Shown: positions 26,648 to 36,261, counted from the first letter of the stretch. The stretch is DNA of 64,000 bases from Candidatus Bipolaricaulota bacterium (GCA_035528115.1 DATKZF010000001.1:28508-92507), one strand, 5' to 3'. Made by a program: numbers and translations. Notes: generated by a model from the sequence alone, not told the origin.

Positions 26648-27973
26648 TCAATTATCTCCAAAACTCTTTACTCTTTGATCCATAATTATGCTAGATCGAA
26701 AAAATTTCTTTTTCAAAACAATTCCGTTTAACGTGGTGCATCGGCTCAAGGCGACATAGGTCTGGCCGTGGACAAATGTGCCGCTGCCCAAATCAATAAT
26801 CACTTTTTCAAATGTTTTGCCCTGACTTTTATGAATCGTAATCGCCCAGGCCAGCTTGATCGGGATTTGGGTGTAGGATCCCATAATATCTCTCTTGAAT
26901 TCACCGTGGTCATAGACATAACGCGATATTTCCCAGGTGTGCTGGTCAACTTCAACGATTTTTCCATCGGTTTTTTCAACAATAACCACGATTTTTTCTT
27001 CTCCGGTTTCTTCATCGATGATATTATCGATTCCAATCACTTCTCCGATCGTGCCATTGACCCACCGCCGCTGCGAATCATTGCAAATAAACATCACTTG
27101 CGCGCCGACGCGCAGAGTCACCGTTTCGCTGTTCGGATATAAATTTGGGGCTATGGCGCCGGTTTTCTTCGCTTTAAAGATCGCTTCTTTTTGGTTTAAT
27201 TTTCTTAATTGGGCGAAATTAATGGAATCGGCCATGGCGTTGGTGGTCACCAGATAAATGTATTTGTCTTTTTTGTTCGGAATAAAGCCCGGTGAAAAGC
27301 GGCTGTTTAATATGTTTAGATGATTATCGGTGACATTGTCCTCTCTGACCGCGTTTAAAATTTCTATGAATTTATTATCCTTTTGGCGATATATTTTTTT
27401 TAATTCAATAATTTTCAGTTTAAATTTTACAATGAATAAATTTCCCTGGCCTCCGGCGGTAAAAACATCGGCGTTAAAAAAGTATGGAGCGTCATATTCG
27501 GAATAAAATTTGTCTTTATCCGCGCCGGTCACCACCGGTGGCAGTTGATATAAATCGCCGAAGAAAATCATTTGCGCTCCGCCAAACGGTTCATTGTTTT
27601 TTCTCGCCCGCCGAAGCACGGTGTCAACCGCGTCCAGCAAATCGGCTCTCACCATGGAAATTTCATCGATCGCGATGGTTTTAATTCGATTGAGTTTTTG
27701 TTTCATTTTATCGCTAATATTCATTTTCCTGGCTTCATCAAGCTCGAATCCGGGCTTTAGGGTGAAAAAGGAATGAATTGTTTCGCCGTTTACGTTGATG
27801 GCGGAAATGCCGGTCGGCGCCAGCACAATGATTCTTTTTTTCGAATGCAGTCTGATGTGCTCGAGTAATGTCGATTTTCCCGTCCCGGCTTTGCCGGTAA
27901 TAAAAAAATGCTCATTGGTTTCTTCAATTCCTTTAATGATTTGCTTGGCTTGTTTGGATAATTTGTTTATCAT
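26648..27973 (-). CDS. PIF1/RecD-like superfamily 1 DNA helicase
   Basis: Walker A GKAGTGKST, IDEISMV, C-terminal HKSQGKTF motif (AAA_30 plus UvrD_C_2 type). Confidence 0.7.
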   Translation of the reverse strand: MINKLSKQAKQIIKGIEETNEHFFITGKAGTGKSTLLEHIRLHSKKRIIVLAPTGISAINVNGETIHSFFTLKPGFELDEARKMNISDKMKQKLNRIKTIAIDEISMVRADLLDAVDTVLRRARKNNEPFGGAQMIFFGDLYQLPPVVTGADKDKFYSEYDAPYFFNADVFTAGGQGNLFIVKFKLKIIELKKIYRQKDNKFIEILNAVREDNVTDNHLNILNSRFSPGFIPNKKDKYIYLVTTNAMADSINFAQLRKLNQKEAIFKAKKTGAIAPNLYPNSETVTLRVGAQVMFICNDSQRRWVNGTIGEVIGIDNIIDEETGEEKIVVIVEKTDGKIVEVDQHTWEISRYVYDHGEFKRDIMGSYTQIPIKLAWAITIHKSQGKTFEKVIIDLGSGTFVHGQTYVALSRCTTLNGIVLKKKFFRSSIIMDQRVKSFGDN

Positions 27974-28045
27974 AATTTCGCGCCGTATACGTTCAATTCT
28001 AAACGAAAAACAACATTTTTTCAAGGACCGCGCGGCTTAAACTCA

Positions 28046-28083
28046 AAAAAAGTCACCGAAATTTAATTCGGTGACTTTTTTTG
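28046..28083. terminator. Palindromic intrinsic terminator (GTCACCGAAATTTAATTCGGTGAC with flanking A/T runs)
   Basis: Read directly. Confidence 0.5.
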
Positions 28084-28194
28084 GCTCCGCGCCCGCCTGC
28101 CGATAGGCAGGGGCCGGACTTCCTCCTTCACCCCCTCGACTATGCTCGGGGCTTCGGAGGATAAACTTCTCGTCCGTCCGGATTAAAACAACGA

Positions 28195-28226
28195 AAAAAC
28201 ACCGAATTTCGTTTCGGTGTTTTTTC
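28195..28226. terminator. Intrinsic terminator downstream of tRNA-Asn on the minus strand (AACACCGAAATTTCGTTTCGGTGTT)
   Basis: Read directly. Confidence 0.5.
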
Positions 28227-28227
28227 G

Positions 28228-28304
28228 TGGCTCCGCGGGCCGGACTCGAACCGGCGACCCACTGATTAACAGTCAGTTGCTCTAACCAACTGAGCTACCG
28301 CGGA
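28228..28304 (-). tRNA. tRNA-Asn (anticodon GTT)
   Basis: Reverse complement folds: acceptor TCCGCGG, anticodon stem ACTGA/TCAGT, loop CTGTTAA, T-loop TTCGAGT, discriminator G + CCA. Confidence 0.8.
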
Positions 28305-28636
28305 ATGATGTTAAATAGAATTTGTTTCCGATGTAACCCGCTCCATGACCGAGCCCCGCCCTGAGCGAGCCGAGCTTGCGAGGGGAGTCTAAGGGTACCG
28401 CGGAATGATTTTAAATAGAATTTGTTTCCGATAAAACCCTATCCATGACTGAGCCCGGCGGAATAAATTCAATTTTGTCCGATTATCCGACTTGAAGCTT
28501 GGCGGATAATTGTGACAAAAATATAATATCAAGGAAAAAGCGATTTGTCAATATATATGCCCGTTTAAATTTGGTCGGATTGTAAAAAAAATCGCGATAT
28601 TATATAATATTCGCAGAATAACCATAATCAAATTTT

Positions 28637-29590
28637 ATGCAAATGAAAAACAATAAAACCAAGAAAAAAGAAAACAAATCCCCATTAATCATTTTGCTGA
28701 TTTTGATCTTACTGCTTTTATCCGCTGTTGTATTTTTACTGTTGAGAGGCCGGGAAGACGCTTGGATTTGCGAAAACGATCAATGGGTCAAACACGGCAA
28801 TCCGACGGCCGACAAGCCGTCTTACGATTGCGGGATTTTGGAAAAGTTTCCGGTCGAGCCGGCATCCAATGAGATTCAAGTGTTTTCTCCCACAATAAAT
28901 CAAGTGATTACCAGTCCTCTGGAGATTTCGGGCAAGGCGACCGGCAGTTGGTTTTTTGAAGCCAGTTTTCCAGTGGAATTGCTGGATGGCGACGGCAAGC
29001 TTTTGGCCAGCGGTATAGTGTCCACGCAGGACAGATGGATGACCAAGGATTTGGTGCCGTTCACGGGCAGTTTGGAATTCGATCCCGGGAAGGCTGACGG
29101 TGGCATGTTGGTTTTAAGGCGCGACAATCCTTCGGGGTTGCCGGAAAACGATAAGGCGATAATCGTGCCGGTAAGATTCGAACAAGTCGAATCCGAAGAG
29201 GAAAAAACCAACGTCAAGGTTTTTTTCAACAACAGTATATTGGATCCCGAGATATCGTGCGTCAATGTTTTTTCCATTAATCGCGAAATAGAAAAGACGC
29301 CGACAGTGGCCAAAGCGGCCATTGAAGAATTGCTCAAGGGCCCGACTGAAGCTGAAAAAGCGGACGGTTACAATACCAGCATCACCCGAGGAGTGAAGTT
29401 GAACTCCATCACCATTCAAAACGGCACGGCTTTCGTTGATTTTGATGAAAAATTGGAAGCGCAAACCGGCGGATCCTGCCGCGTTGGGGCTATTACTTCA
29501 CAAATAACAGAAACGCTTAAACAATTTTCCAGCGTGCAAAGCGTGGTTATTTCCATCAATGGCAGAACCGAGGACATTTTGCAGCCGTAA
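28637..29590 (+). CDS. Secreted/anchored GerMN plus Gmad2 (Ig-like) domain protein
   Basis: N-terminal TM; Gmad2-like SPTINQVITSPLEISGKATGSWFFEASFPVELLDGDGKLLA; GerMN-like TVAKAAIEELLKGPTEAEKADGYNTSI. Confidence 0.5.
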   Translation: MQMKNNKTKKKENKSPLIILLILILLLLSAVVFLLLRGREDAWICENDQWVKHGNPTADKPSYDCGILEKFPVEPASNEIQVFSPTINQVITSPLEISGKATGSWFFEASFPVELLDGDGKLLASGIVSTQDRWMTKDLVPFTGSLEFDPGKADGGMLVLRRDNPSGLPENDKAIIVPVRFEQVESEEEKTNVKVFFNNSILDPEISCVNVFSINREIEKTPTVAKAAIEELLKGPTEAEKADGYNTSITRGVKLNSITIQNGTAFVDFDEKLEAQTGGSCRVGAITSQITETLKQFSSVQSVVISINGRTEDILQP

Positions 29591-29804
29591 TAAATAAAAA
29601 TGTTTTGAAAACCGCTGTTTGAATTTTTTTTCAAGGCGGTTTTTTTTATGGCGCGGTCGGCGGCGTATTCGCCGCCGATGTAGAGACGCGCCGCGGCGCG
29701 TCTCTACACGCGGTCGGGATCGCCCGCGGTCGCGCCATTGTGAATAACATTTTTAAAAAAATGTCATTCATTGCTATAATGAATTCATTGAATTAATAAA
29801 AAAT

Positions 29805-30896
29805 ATGAAAAAAACAGCAATACTATTGATCGCCGCTTTATTTGTTTTTGGATCGGCGCATGGCGTAGTGGCCGAAAATTACGATTTTGTTTCTAGTAAT
29901 ATCTGGGTTTCGGAAACCGCGCCGCTGGAAGGGGATATTTTGAAAATTTCTTCCGTGGTAATAAATGACGGAGATAGAAGATTCAATGGCGATTTGGTGT
30001 TTTTGGACAATGATCAGCTAATCAGTTCGCAAATCGCGTTTTCGCTCGGCGCCGGAGAGTCCAGCAAGGTTTTGACCACGAGCTGGACGGCCGTTCGCGG
30101 GGAGCATAGATTCAAAGCGGAAATTAGAGATGCTTATTTTATAAATGAAGAAGGACTCAATGAAGCGATTGACGGTACTTTTTTCAGTCAGGTGACGGAC
30201 GTGATTTACGTTGACGTTGACAGCGATGCCGATGGTCTGCCCGATTTGGAGGAAGAAGAGCAGGGAACGGACCCGACGAATCCGGACACGGACGGAGACA
30301 CCGAAAACGACGGGGATGATCCCAATCCGACAAATCCGCAAGTTTTCAACGGTCCCGATACGGACGGCGACGGCATTATAGATACCTTGGATACGGATAT
30401 TGATAATGACGGTTTGTATAATTGGGATGAAGATGATAGCGGTACCGATCCGAAAGAATACGATACGGACGGAGACGGCTATAGTGACAAAGAAGACTCT
30501 TTTCCACTCGATTCTAAAAAATGGAAAGAAGAAGTGAAAGTGGCGGTGGTTGAAAAAAAAGATGATTCCAAGTCGGACGACAAAGAAACAAAAAAAGTGA
30601 AAGATGCTTTGGCGGATGACTCGGATTTGGCCAGTTCGGATCAAGTTTTTGACAGCGTGAGCGATTTTTTCGCCAATCAAAAAAATAACGATAAAAACGT
30701 TGAAAATACGGAAGCTGAAAATTCCGGTGACGCTAGTAATTTTGACAAAGCGGGCAAAGGCTATTTGGCCAGTCTGACCAAACGCGACAATTTATTGAAA
30801 TTGGCTTTGATTCCTTTGATTTTGATGTCCGCGATCATCGCCAGACAGCTGGTTAGAAAACCCAAATCAAAAAATAAGGACAATGATCAGGTTTAA
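29805..30896 (+). CDS. Surface protein with thrombospondin-type-3-like Ca-binding repeats (DTDGD / DxDxDGxxD), signal peptide and C-terminal TM anchor
   Basis: Repeated TDPTNPDTDGDTENDGDD, DTDGDGIIDTLDTDIDNDG, DTDGDGYSDKED; hydrophobic C-terminus plus basic tail. Confidence 0.55.
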   Translation: MKKTAILLIAALFVFGSAHGVVAENYDFVSSNIWVSETAPLEGDILKISSVVINDGDRRFNGDLVFLDNDQLISSQIAFSLGAGESSKVLTTSWTAVRGEHRFKAEIRDAYFINEEGLNEAIDGTFFSQVTDVIYVDVDSDADGLPDLEEEEQGTDPTNPDTDGDTENDGDDPNPTNPQVFNGPDTDGDGIIDTLDTDIDNDGLYNWDEDDSGTDPKEYDTDGDGYSDKEDSFPLDSKKWKEEVKVAVVEKKDDSKSDDKETKKVKDALADDSDLASSDQVFDSVSDFFANQKNNDKNVENTEAENSGDASNFDKAGKGYLASLTKRDNLLKLALIPLILMSAIIARQLVRKPKSKNKDNDQV

Positions 30897-30977
30897 AAGA
30901 TCTTGTATATTGTAAAAAATGCCGGCCCTGCCCGGGATTTTTTATTAAATATTTGTTATAATGACAATATAATTTGA

Positions 30978-31538
30978 ATGCGCATGAAAAGGAAATATTT
31001 AAAATTTTTAATTATCATGACCTTGCTAATCGCTTGGAGCGTTTTTATTTACTTTGTCGATCCGGTTAAAATTATCGATTTGATCGGCGTGCAAAACTCT
31101 TATATTTTCGGCTTTTTGATTTCCGTCTTCGGAGGTTTAACCACCTTCACCGCCACTTCTTTTATCGCCACTCTGGTTACCCTGGCGCTTGGCGGGGTGA
31201 ACCCTTGGCTTTTGGGACTTTTTGCCGGGCTGGGACTGGCGATAAGCGATAGCGTGTTTTATTACTTCGGCAAAAAGGGCAGTGAAGTCATTTCGAAAAA
31301 AACCGAAAAAAGACTGAGCAAATTTTTTGCATGGTTGAAAAAGCAGCCGGAATGGCTTATCCAAATATTGGTTTTTCTATATATCGGTTTTACTCCATTG
31401 CCCAATGACATCGTGACCATCTCGCTATCTTTCAGCCGTTTTCCGTATAAAAAATTCATTATCCCGGTATTTTTTGGGGACTTGACGTTTGCCACGTTGG
31501 TTTCGGTCGCGGCCAGCTTCGGTTATCACGTTTATTGA
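30978..31538 (+). CDS. DedA/TVP38 (VTT domain) membrane protein
   Basis: LISVFGGLTTFTATSFIATLVTLALGG...GLAISDSVFYYFGKKG VTT-type pattern. Confidence 0.55.
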   Translation: MRMKRKYLKFLIIMTLLIAWSVFIYFVDPVKIIDLIGVQNSYIFGFLISVFGGLTTFTATSFIATLVTLALGGVNPWLLGLFAGLGLAISDSVFYYFGKKGSEVISKKTEKRLSKFFAWLKKQPEWLIQILVFLYIGFTPLPNDIVTISLSFSRFPYKKFIIPVFFGDLTFATLVSVAASFGYHVY

Positions 31539-31580
31539 TTTAAAAAAGAGATAGAGTTTGCTATAATTCAAACATAATTT

Positions 31581-32444
31581 ATGAGAGAGCAATTATTGAT
31601 AATGCCTTTTGATCACCGGTCATCATTGATCAGGGATTCGATAGGCGTCAAAACCAATGTTGCCGTCCAAAAGGCCACTTTAAAGCTTTTTAAAGAAATC
31701 ATTTACGCGGCTTTTTTGATTGTTCAAAAAAAATATCCCCGAAAAAATGACTTGGCGATTTTGGTTGATGAAAAATATGGAGCAGCTATCCTGAAAGATG
31801 CCAAAAAAAGAAAGATAAAAATTTGCTATACCGTTGAAAAAAGCGGAGGCAAGGAGCTGGCTTTCGAATATGGCAATTCATTCGGCGCCCATATCGCAAA
31901 ATTCCAGCCTGATTTTGTAAAAGTTTTGGTCAGATACAATCCTTCGAATAAAGAAATCAACAAGAGGCAGTTGAAAAAGTTGAAGCGACTCGGAGAGTTT
32001 TGCGAAAAGAAAAATTATAGATTATTATTGGAATTGCTGGTGCCGCCGACGAAAAATGATTTGGCAATTGCCGGTTCACTCGCGGCGTTTGATAAAAATT
32101 ATCGCATAAAAAAGACGGTCGACGCGATCGGAGAAATAAAAAAGGCCGTAAAAGTGGATGTTTGGAAAATGGAAGGCTTTGATAAGTCGAATTGGCGAAA
32201 GATTTTCAAGGTTGTGCCCGAATATTCCAAAATTATCGTTTTGGGCAGAGGAGAAAATGAAAAGAACGTGATGAAATGGATTATGGACGCCAAAATATTT
32301 TCCAAAATAATAGGTTTCGCCGTCGGCCGGACTATTTTTCTCAAACCTTTGCTCGAATACCATAAAAAACGGGTATCGAAAAAGCGAGCTGAGGAACTGA
32401 TCGCGGCCGATTTTTCAAAATTCGTGAAGTTGTGGAATTCATAA
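31581..32444 (+). CDS. DUF2090 / LacD-like class I aldolase-family TIM-barrel protein
   Basis: N-terminal MPFDHRSS motif as in DUF2090 and tagatose-bisphosphate-aldolase-like proteins; 287 aa. Confidence 0.4.
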   Translation: MREQLLIMPFDHRSSLIRDSIGVKTNVAVQKATLKLFKEIIYAAFLIVQKKYPRKNDLAILVDEKYGAAILKDAKKRKIKICYTVEKSGGKELAFEYGNSFGAHIAKFQPDFVKVLVRYNPSNKEINKRQLKKLKRLGEFCEKKNYRLLLELLVPPTKNDLAIAGSLAAFDKNYRIKKTVDAIGEIKKAVKVDVWKMEGFDKSNWRKIFKVVPEYSKIIVLGRGENEKNVMKWIMDAKIFSKIIGFAVGRTIFLKPLLEYHKKRVSKKRAEELIAADFSKFVKLWNS

Positions 32445-32473
32445 TATTAAATAATAATTAATTTTAGAAAATT

Positions 32474-32902
32474 ATGAAAAAGAAAATTTTCACCGTTGCT
32501 TTGGCGATGATGACAATGGCTGTTTTGGCGGGATGCGGCGCCGTGTATTCGACAGGGGAAGTCTTGGAAGCCAAAATGTGCGTGGCCGCCGATAGAGAAG
32601 GCCTTTTATGCACACGCGATTTGGCCAGCTTTTACGCGGACACGGACGTAATTTACGCCACCGCCATCTTGGCCAACGTTCCGAGCGGCACCAAAGCCAC
32701 GGGCACTTGGTACTATTTCGATCCAGAACAAGGAGTTACGACCATCGGTTCCTACATTTTGGAATCGGAGGAAATCAATTCCGATCTCGCGTATTCTCTT
32801 TCCAAACCGACCAATGGCTGGCCGGCCGGTAATTATCAGGTGGAAATCGCGGTCGATGGATACCCGGATATAACGGTTTATAAGGATTTTTCGATTCAAT
32901 AA
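32474..32902 (+). CDS. Lipoprotein (hypothetical)
   Basis: Signal peptide with lipobox LAGCGA. Confidence 0.5.
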   Translation: MKKKIFTVALAMMTMAVLAGCGAVYSTGEVLEAKMCVAADREGLLCTRDLASFYADTDVIYATAILANVPSGTKATGTWYYFDPEQGVTTIGSYILESEEINSDLAYSLSKPTNGWPAGNYQVEIAVDGYPDITVYKDFSIQ

Positions 32903-32972
32903 ATTTTGAATTTCTAGGTTGATGGCGCCTTTTGCCGCGAATTTCGTTTTGCGGCAAAAGGCGTTTGGATAT

Positions 32973-33749
32973 ATGAAGCAATCTCCTATCGAAAGCAAAG
33001 ATAACGAGCGGATCAGATTTTTGAGAAAATTGACTTACAAAAAACACAGAGAGAAGTTCGGTCGTTTTTTTGTTGAAAACATCAAAATTATTCATGACGC
33101 GGCGAAAAATGGAATTTTTCCGGAAAGCGTTTTTTGCACGGAAAATTTTTTTGATCGACATAAAAAAGAAATTGAGTTCGTCATTCAAAAAGCAGGTGAT
33201 GAAAATTTGTGTTTTATCGGCGACAAAGTCAATAAATCTTTCAGTGAATTAACCACGCCGTCCGGCGTGGCCGTGATTTATGTCATACCGGAATTTCAAA
33301 TCAAGGAAAACAAGCCGGTTGTTTATCTGAACGGCATAAATGATCCGGGTAATCTGGGAACGATAATCAGGTCGGCCGCGGCTTTTGATTTTGGCAACTT
33401 AATATTGGATGAATTATGCGCCGACGCTTTTAATTATAAAACCGTTAATGCCTCAAAAGACGCCATTTTTAAAGTGAACATCGCTTATGACGAGAATTTG
33501 AAGAAAATAAAACAATTGAAAAAGAAAATGAGTATTTATTCAACGGCGATTAAATCGGGGGAAGACGCGGCCAAGATAAAAAAGGGCAAGGCGTTTTGTT
33601 TGGTTTTCGGCAGCGAAGCCAGGGGAGTGGATGATAAGATTTTGAAATTATCCGACGGCTTGATCAATATAAAAACAAACGGACAGGTGGAATCTCTGAA
33701 CGTGGCCTGCGCGGCTTCGATTATTTTTTCCAAATTATATAAAGGGTGA
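32973..33749 (+). CDS. TrmH/SpoU-family RNA 2'-O-methyltransferase
   Basis: SPOUT motifs NPGNLGTIIRSAAAF and ESLNVACAASIIFS; the track ORF starts earlier at 32919. Confidence 0.7.
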   Translation: MKQSPIESKDNERIRFLRKLTYKKHREKFGRFFVENIKIIHDAAKNGIFPESVFCTENFFDRHKKEIEFVIQKAGDENLCFIGDKVNKSFSELTTPSGVAVIYVIPEFQIKENKPVVYLNGINDPGNLGTIIRSAAAFDFGNLILDELCADAFNYKTVNASKDAIFKVNIAYDENLKKIKQLKKKMSIYSTAIKSGEDAAKIKKGKAFCLVFGSEARGVDDKILKLSDGLINIKTNGQVESLNVACAASIIFSKLYKG

Positions 33750-33780
33750 CAAACGGTAAAAGTTGAAATTTTTTAAAATA

Positions 33781-33810
33781 AAAAAGCCCCTTTGTTCGGG
33801 GCGTTTTTTA
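33781..33810. terminator. Bidirectional intrinsic terminator (AAAAAGCCCCTTTGTTCGGGGCGTTTTTT)
   Basis: Read directly. Confidence 0.6.
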
Positions 33811-33815
33811 TAAGA

Positions 33816-33980
33816 TTAAAATCTATTCGTTTTTCTTTGTTGGTGACAATCTTTGCAGAAAATAGGTCTGTCGCCATCCGGTTTAAACGGCAATTCCGTG
33901 ATTTCTTTACCGCAGCCGGAACAAGTCCAGTTGCCTTGAACCATCGGTCTTTGGGCGCCGAAATTTTGTCGGTCTTCCAT
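33816..33980 (-). CDS. Small zinc-ribbon protein (54 aa): CSGCGKEITELPFKPDGDRPIFCKDC; paralogue of the repeats in 26017..26577; not in the ORF track
   Basis: Hand translation of the minus strand: MEDRQNFGAQRPMVQGNWTCSGCGKEITELPFKPDGDRPIFCKDCHQQRKTNRF*; CxxC-x18-CxxC spacing. Confidence 0.55.
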   Translation of the reverse strand: MEDRQNFGAQRPMVQGNWTCSGCGKEITELPFKPDGDRPIFCKDCHQQRKTNRF

Positions 33981-34157
33981 GTGATTTGTTGTTTTGAAAC
34001 TTTACGATTTAATCGCTCTTATGAAGGCTAATAAAATTGTAAGTTTTAACAAAACTTTTAATTATTATGAGGCCATTTTATCATGTTTTTAATAATTTGT
34101 CAATATGCGCCTTGATTTTGGGTGTTTTATTTCTAAAATGTTTGTCATAATAAAGAC

Positions 34158-35408
34158 ATGACTGAAATATTATCAAAATGCAAAATTAAAGAATTTGACC
34201 TGCTTTTAGCTGAAAAAAAGAACGTTTTGGCTCTCGGACCCGAATCGGCGGGTAATTTCTCCGTTTATATCAACGGAAAAGTTTATTATTGCTCAGATTT
34301 TGGCGATTTATTGGAGGAAGAGCGTTTTGATGTCTATAAAAAGGCTTTATTTGAGCTTATTGATAGAAATAACCTGATTCCCGATATTATTCGCGTTGAC
34401 CTTCATCCGGCCTATAAAACCTCAAAATTGGGCGAAGAATTGGCTCTTAAATTCAACTGCCGCCTGGAAAGAGTCCAGCACCATATAGCGCACGTTTATT
34501 CGGCTGTATTTGATCAATTTGCGGGCTACGAATCTACCAAAGATTTACCAATCCTGCGAAAACAAGGAGAATACGAATCTACGAATACTTTACGAATACG
34601 ACGAAAGCATGGAGATATGACTCTACCGACAAAATTTTTAGGCATAGCCTGCGACGGCACCGGCCTTGGGTTGGACGGCAAAATATGGGGAGGAGAAGTA
34701 TTTCAATATCAAATATCAAATATTAAAAATAAACTAACGCGAATCGGGCATCTTGAAAACCAGTTGCTGTGCGGAGGCGACGCGGCCATTAAAGAGCCGG
34801 CTCGAATGCTACTTTCCATACTTTTAAATATAAAAAAGCCGGCTGAGGTTTGGCCGATTTTTAGCGCATTTTACACCGAACAACAATTTGATACATTGGT
34901 AAAAATGCGTGAACAAAAATTTAATTCACTGGAGACTTCAAGCGCGGGTAGGGTGCTGGACGCGGTTTCGGTTTTGCTCGGATTTTGCGGCAATGAGAGA
35001 AAATACAAGCATGAGCCCATTGACTTGCTGGAGAAAAATTCAACGCAGCCTTTTGAGCTGGAGCCTGTGATAACTGAAGAACAAAGAAACAAAGAAACCG
35101 AGGAACAATGGAGCAATGGAGCAATGAAGCAATATGTCCTTAACACCTCTTATTTATTTGAATGGTTGCTTGAGAATTTAGATAAAGATAAGGGCAGACT
35201 GGCGGCGACAGTTCAAAAATATATTATCGAAGGCTTGATTGAGATAGCCAAAAGAACTGATCCGAATTTGCCGATTTATTTTAGCGGTGGAATGGCCAAT
35301 AATCGAATTATGAGTCAAATTGCCATGAATAATGGCTTAATCATGGCTGAAAACATCGATCGGGGAGACAATGCCTTGAGTTTGGGGCAGTTGACTTTAT
35401 TTTTGTAA
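34158..35408 (+). CDS. hypF: HypF-like carbamoyltransferase, Kae1/TsaD-like domain only (no acylphosphatase, Zn-finger or YrdC domains)
   Basis: QHHIAHV His motif, GIACDGTGLGLDGKIWGGE, C-terminal FSGGMANNRIM; in-frame insertion of the MITE terminal motif at 35103-35135. Confidence 0.6.
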   Translation: MTEILSKCKIKEFDLLLAEKKNVLALGPESAGNFSVYINGKVYYCSDFGDLLEEERFDVYKKALFELIDRNNLIPDIIRVDLHPAYKTSKLGEELALKFNCRLERVQHHIAHVYSAVFDQFAGYESTKDLPILRKQGEYESTNTLRIRRKHGDMTLPTKFLGIACDGTGLGLDGKIWGGEVFQYQISNIKNKLTRIGHLENQLLCGGDAAIKEPARMLLSILLNIKKPAEVWPIFSAFYTEQQFDTLVKMREQKFNSLETSSAGRVLDAVSVLLGFCGNERKYKHEPIDLLEKNSTQPFELEPVITEEQRNKETEEQWSNGAMKQYVLNTSYLFEWLLENLDKDKGRLAATVQKYIIEGLIEIAKRTDPNLPIYFSGGMANNRIMSQIAMNNGLIMAENIDRGDNALSLGQLTLFL

Positions 35409-35444
35409 AATTATAATATTCGCTTTCAACAAAGGAGGGCGATC

Positions 35445-35681
35445 ATGAAGTTTCTGGCGGCATTGCTGGCCATGCTCACCATATATTCCGGATGGCAGGC
35501 GACCAAAAACATCATATTTCTTTTCGGCGCGGTCAAGGACCGTGAAAGGTATGAAGAACTTCGAAGTACTGTCCATGGTCCGTTCGCATTGGTGGAGTCC
35601 TACGTCATTTTGCCAGTCAGCGTTTGTCTGATATTTTTCTTTATGACGCTTTTGGCGGCGGGAATCGCTCTGGAAACATAG
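35445..35681 (+). CDS. Small membrane protein (hypothetical)
   Basis: AAAGGAGGG Shine-Dalgarno-like site; two TM helices. Confidence 0.4.
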   Translation: MKFLAALLAMLTIYSGWQATKNIIFLFGAVKDRERYEELRSTVHGPFALVESYVILPVSVCLIFFFMTLLAAGIALET

Positions 35682-35901
35682 CCCGTTCGGATCATTTCGC
35701 GCGGGTTTTAAATTTGACAGATATTGGTAAATTAATTAAGTTTAAATACGACGGGTGACGCGCGTAAAGTTCAAGAGTTTGGACCCGACGTCACCTGAAT
35801 TAGCATCACCTGATGCCACCGACGTGCCGCGCGTCACCCGTCATCTTCTCTTGCTCCTCCCCACGTGGCGGAGCATTCTTTTTTAAAGAAAAAATCAAGG
35901 A

Positions 35902-35930
35902 TTGACTTAATTATGCAAAATTGCTTAAAT
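35902..35930 (+). promoter_or_regulatory. Putative promoter TTGACT-N17-TTAAAT for ORF 35966, followed by AGAGGAGGA Shine-Dalgarno-like site
   Basis: Read directly. Confidence 0.35.
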
Positions 35931-35965
35931 ATTATATTAACGGGTGAAAACAGAGGAGGACGGTC

Positions 35966-36223
35966 ATGACCTTGAATGAGGTTTATCTTAAATACCAGGT
36001 GGAAAAAGAAATTAGGGAATTCGCTGATTGTTCGCGAGCCTGGCTGCGCAAGGTTGGCTTGGCCATCAAAAGAGTGGTCGCGGCAATCATGAAGGAACGT
36101 CGCATCAGTTTTGAGGAAGTAAAGCGGCTACCAGGCAATACGATTCTGGGGCCAATCTCCGAAGCGGCGGCCAACGAGTTCTTCGCCTTGCTGGCCACGG
36201 GTAGCGAGTGGCGGAACAAATGA
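35966..36223 (+). CDS. Hypothetical protein (85 aa)
   Basis: Strong Shine-Dalgarno-like site plus downstream terminator. Confidence 0.45.
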   Translation: MTLNEVYLKYQVEKEIREFADCSRAWLRKVGLAIKRVVAAIMKERRISFEEVKRLPGNTILGPISEAAANEFFALLATGSEWRNK

Positions 36224-36226
36224 TTC

Positions 36227-36258
36227 AACCCGCGGATGAACGTATCTTGCGGGTTTTT
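36227..36258. terminator. Bidirectional intrinsic terminator (ACCCGC...GCGGGT + TTTTT)
   Basis: Read directly. Confidence 0.6.
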
Positions 36259-36261
36259 AAA

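Noticed and set aside
28082-28200. A second intron-containing tRNA at 28082-28200
   Set aside because: Only the 3' acceptor/T-arm portion matches tRNA-Asn. No D-arm or anticodon arm could be reconstructed, so it reads as a partial duplication or att scar rather than a gene.
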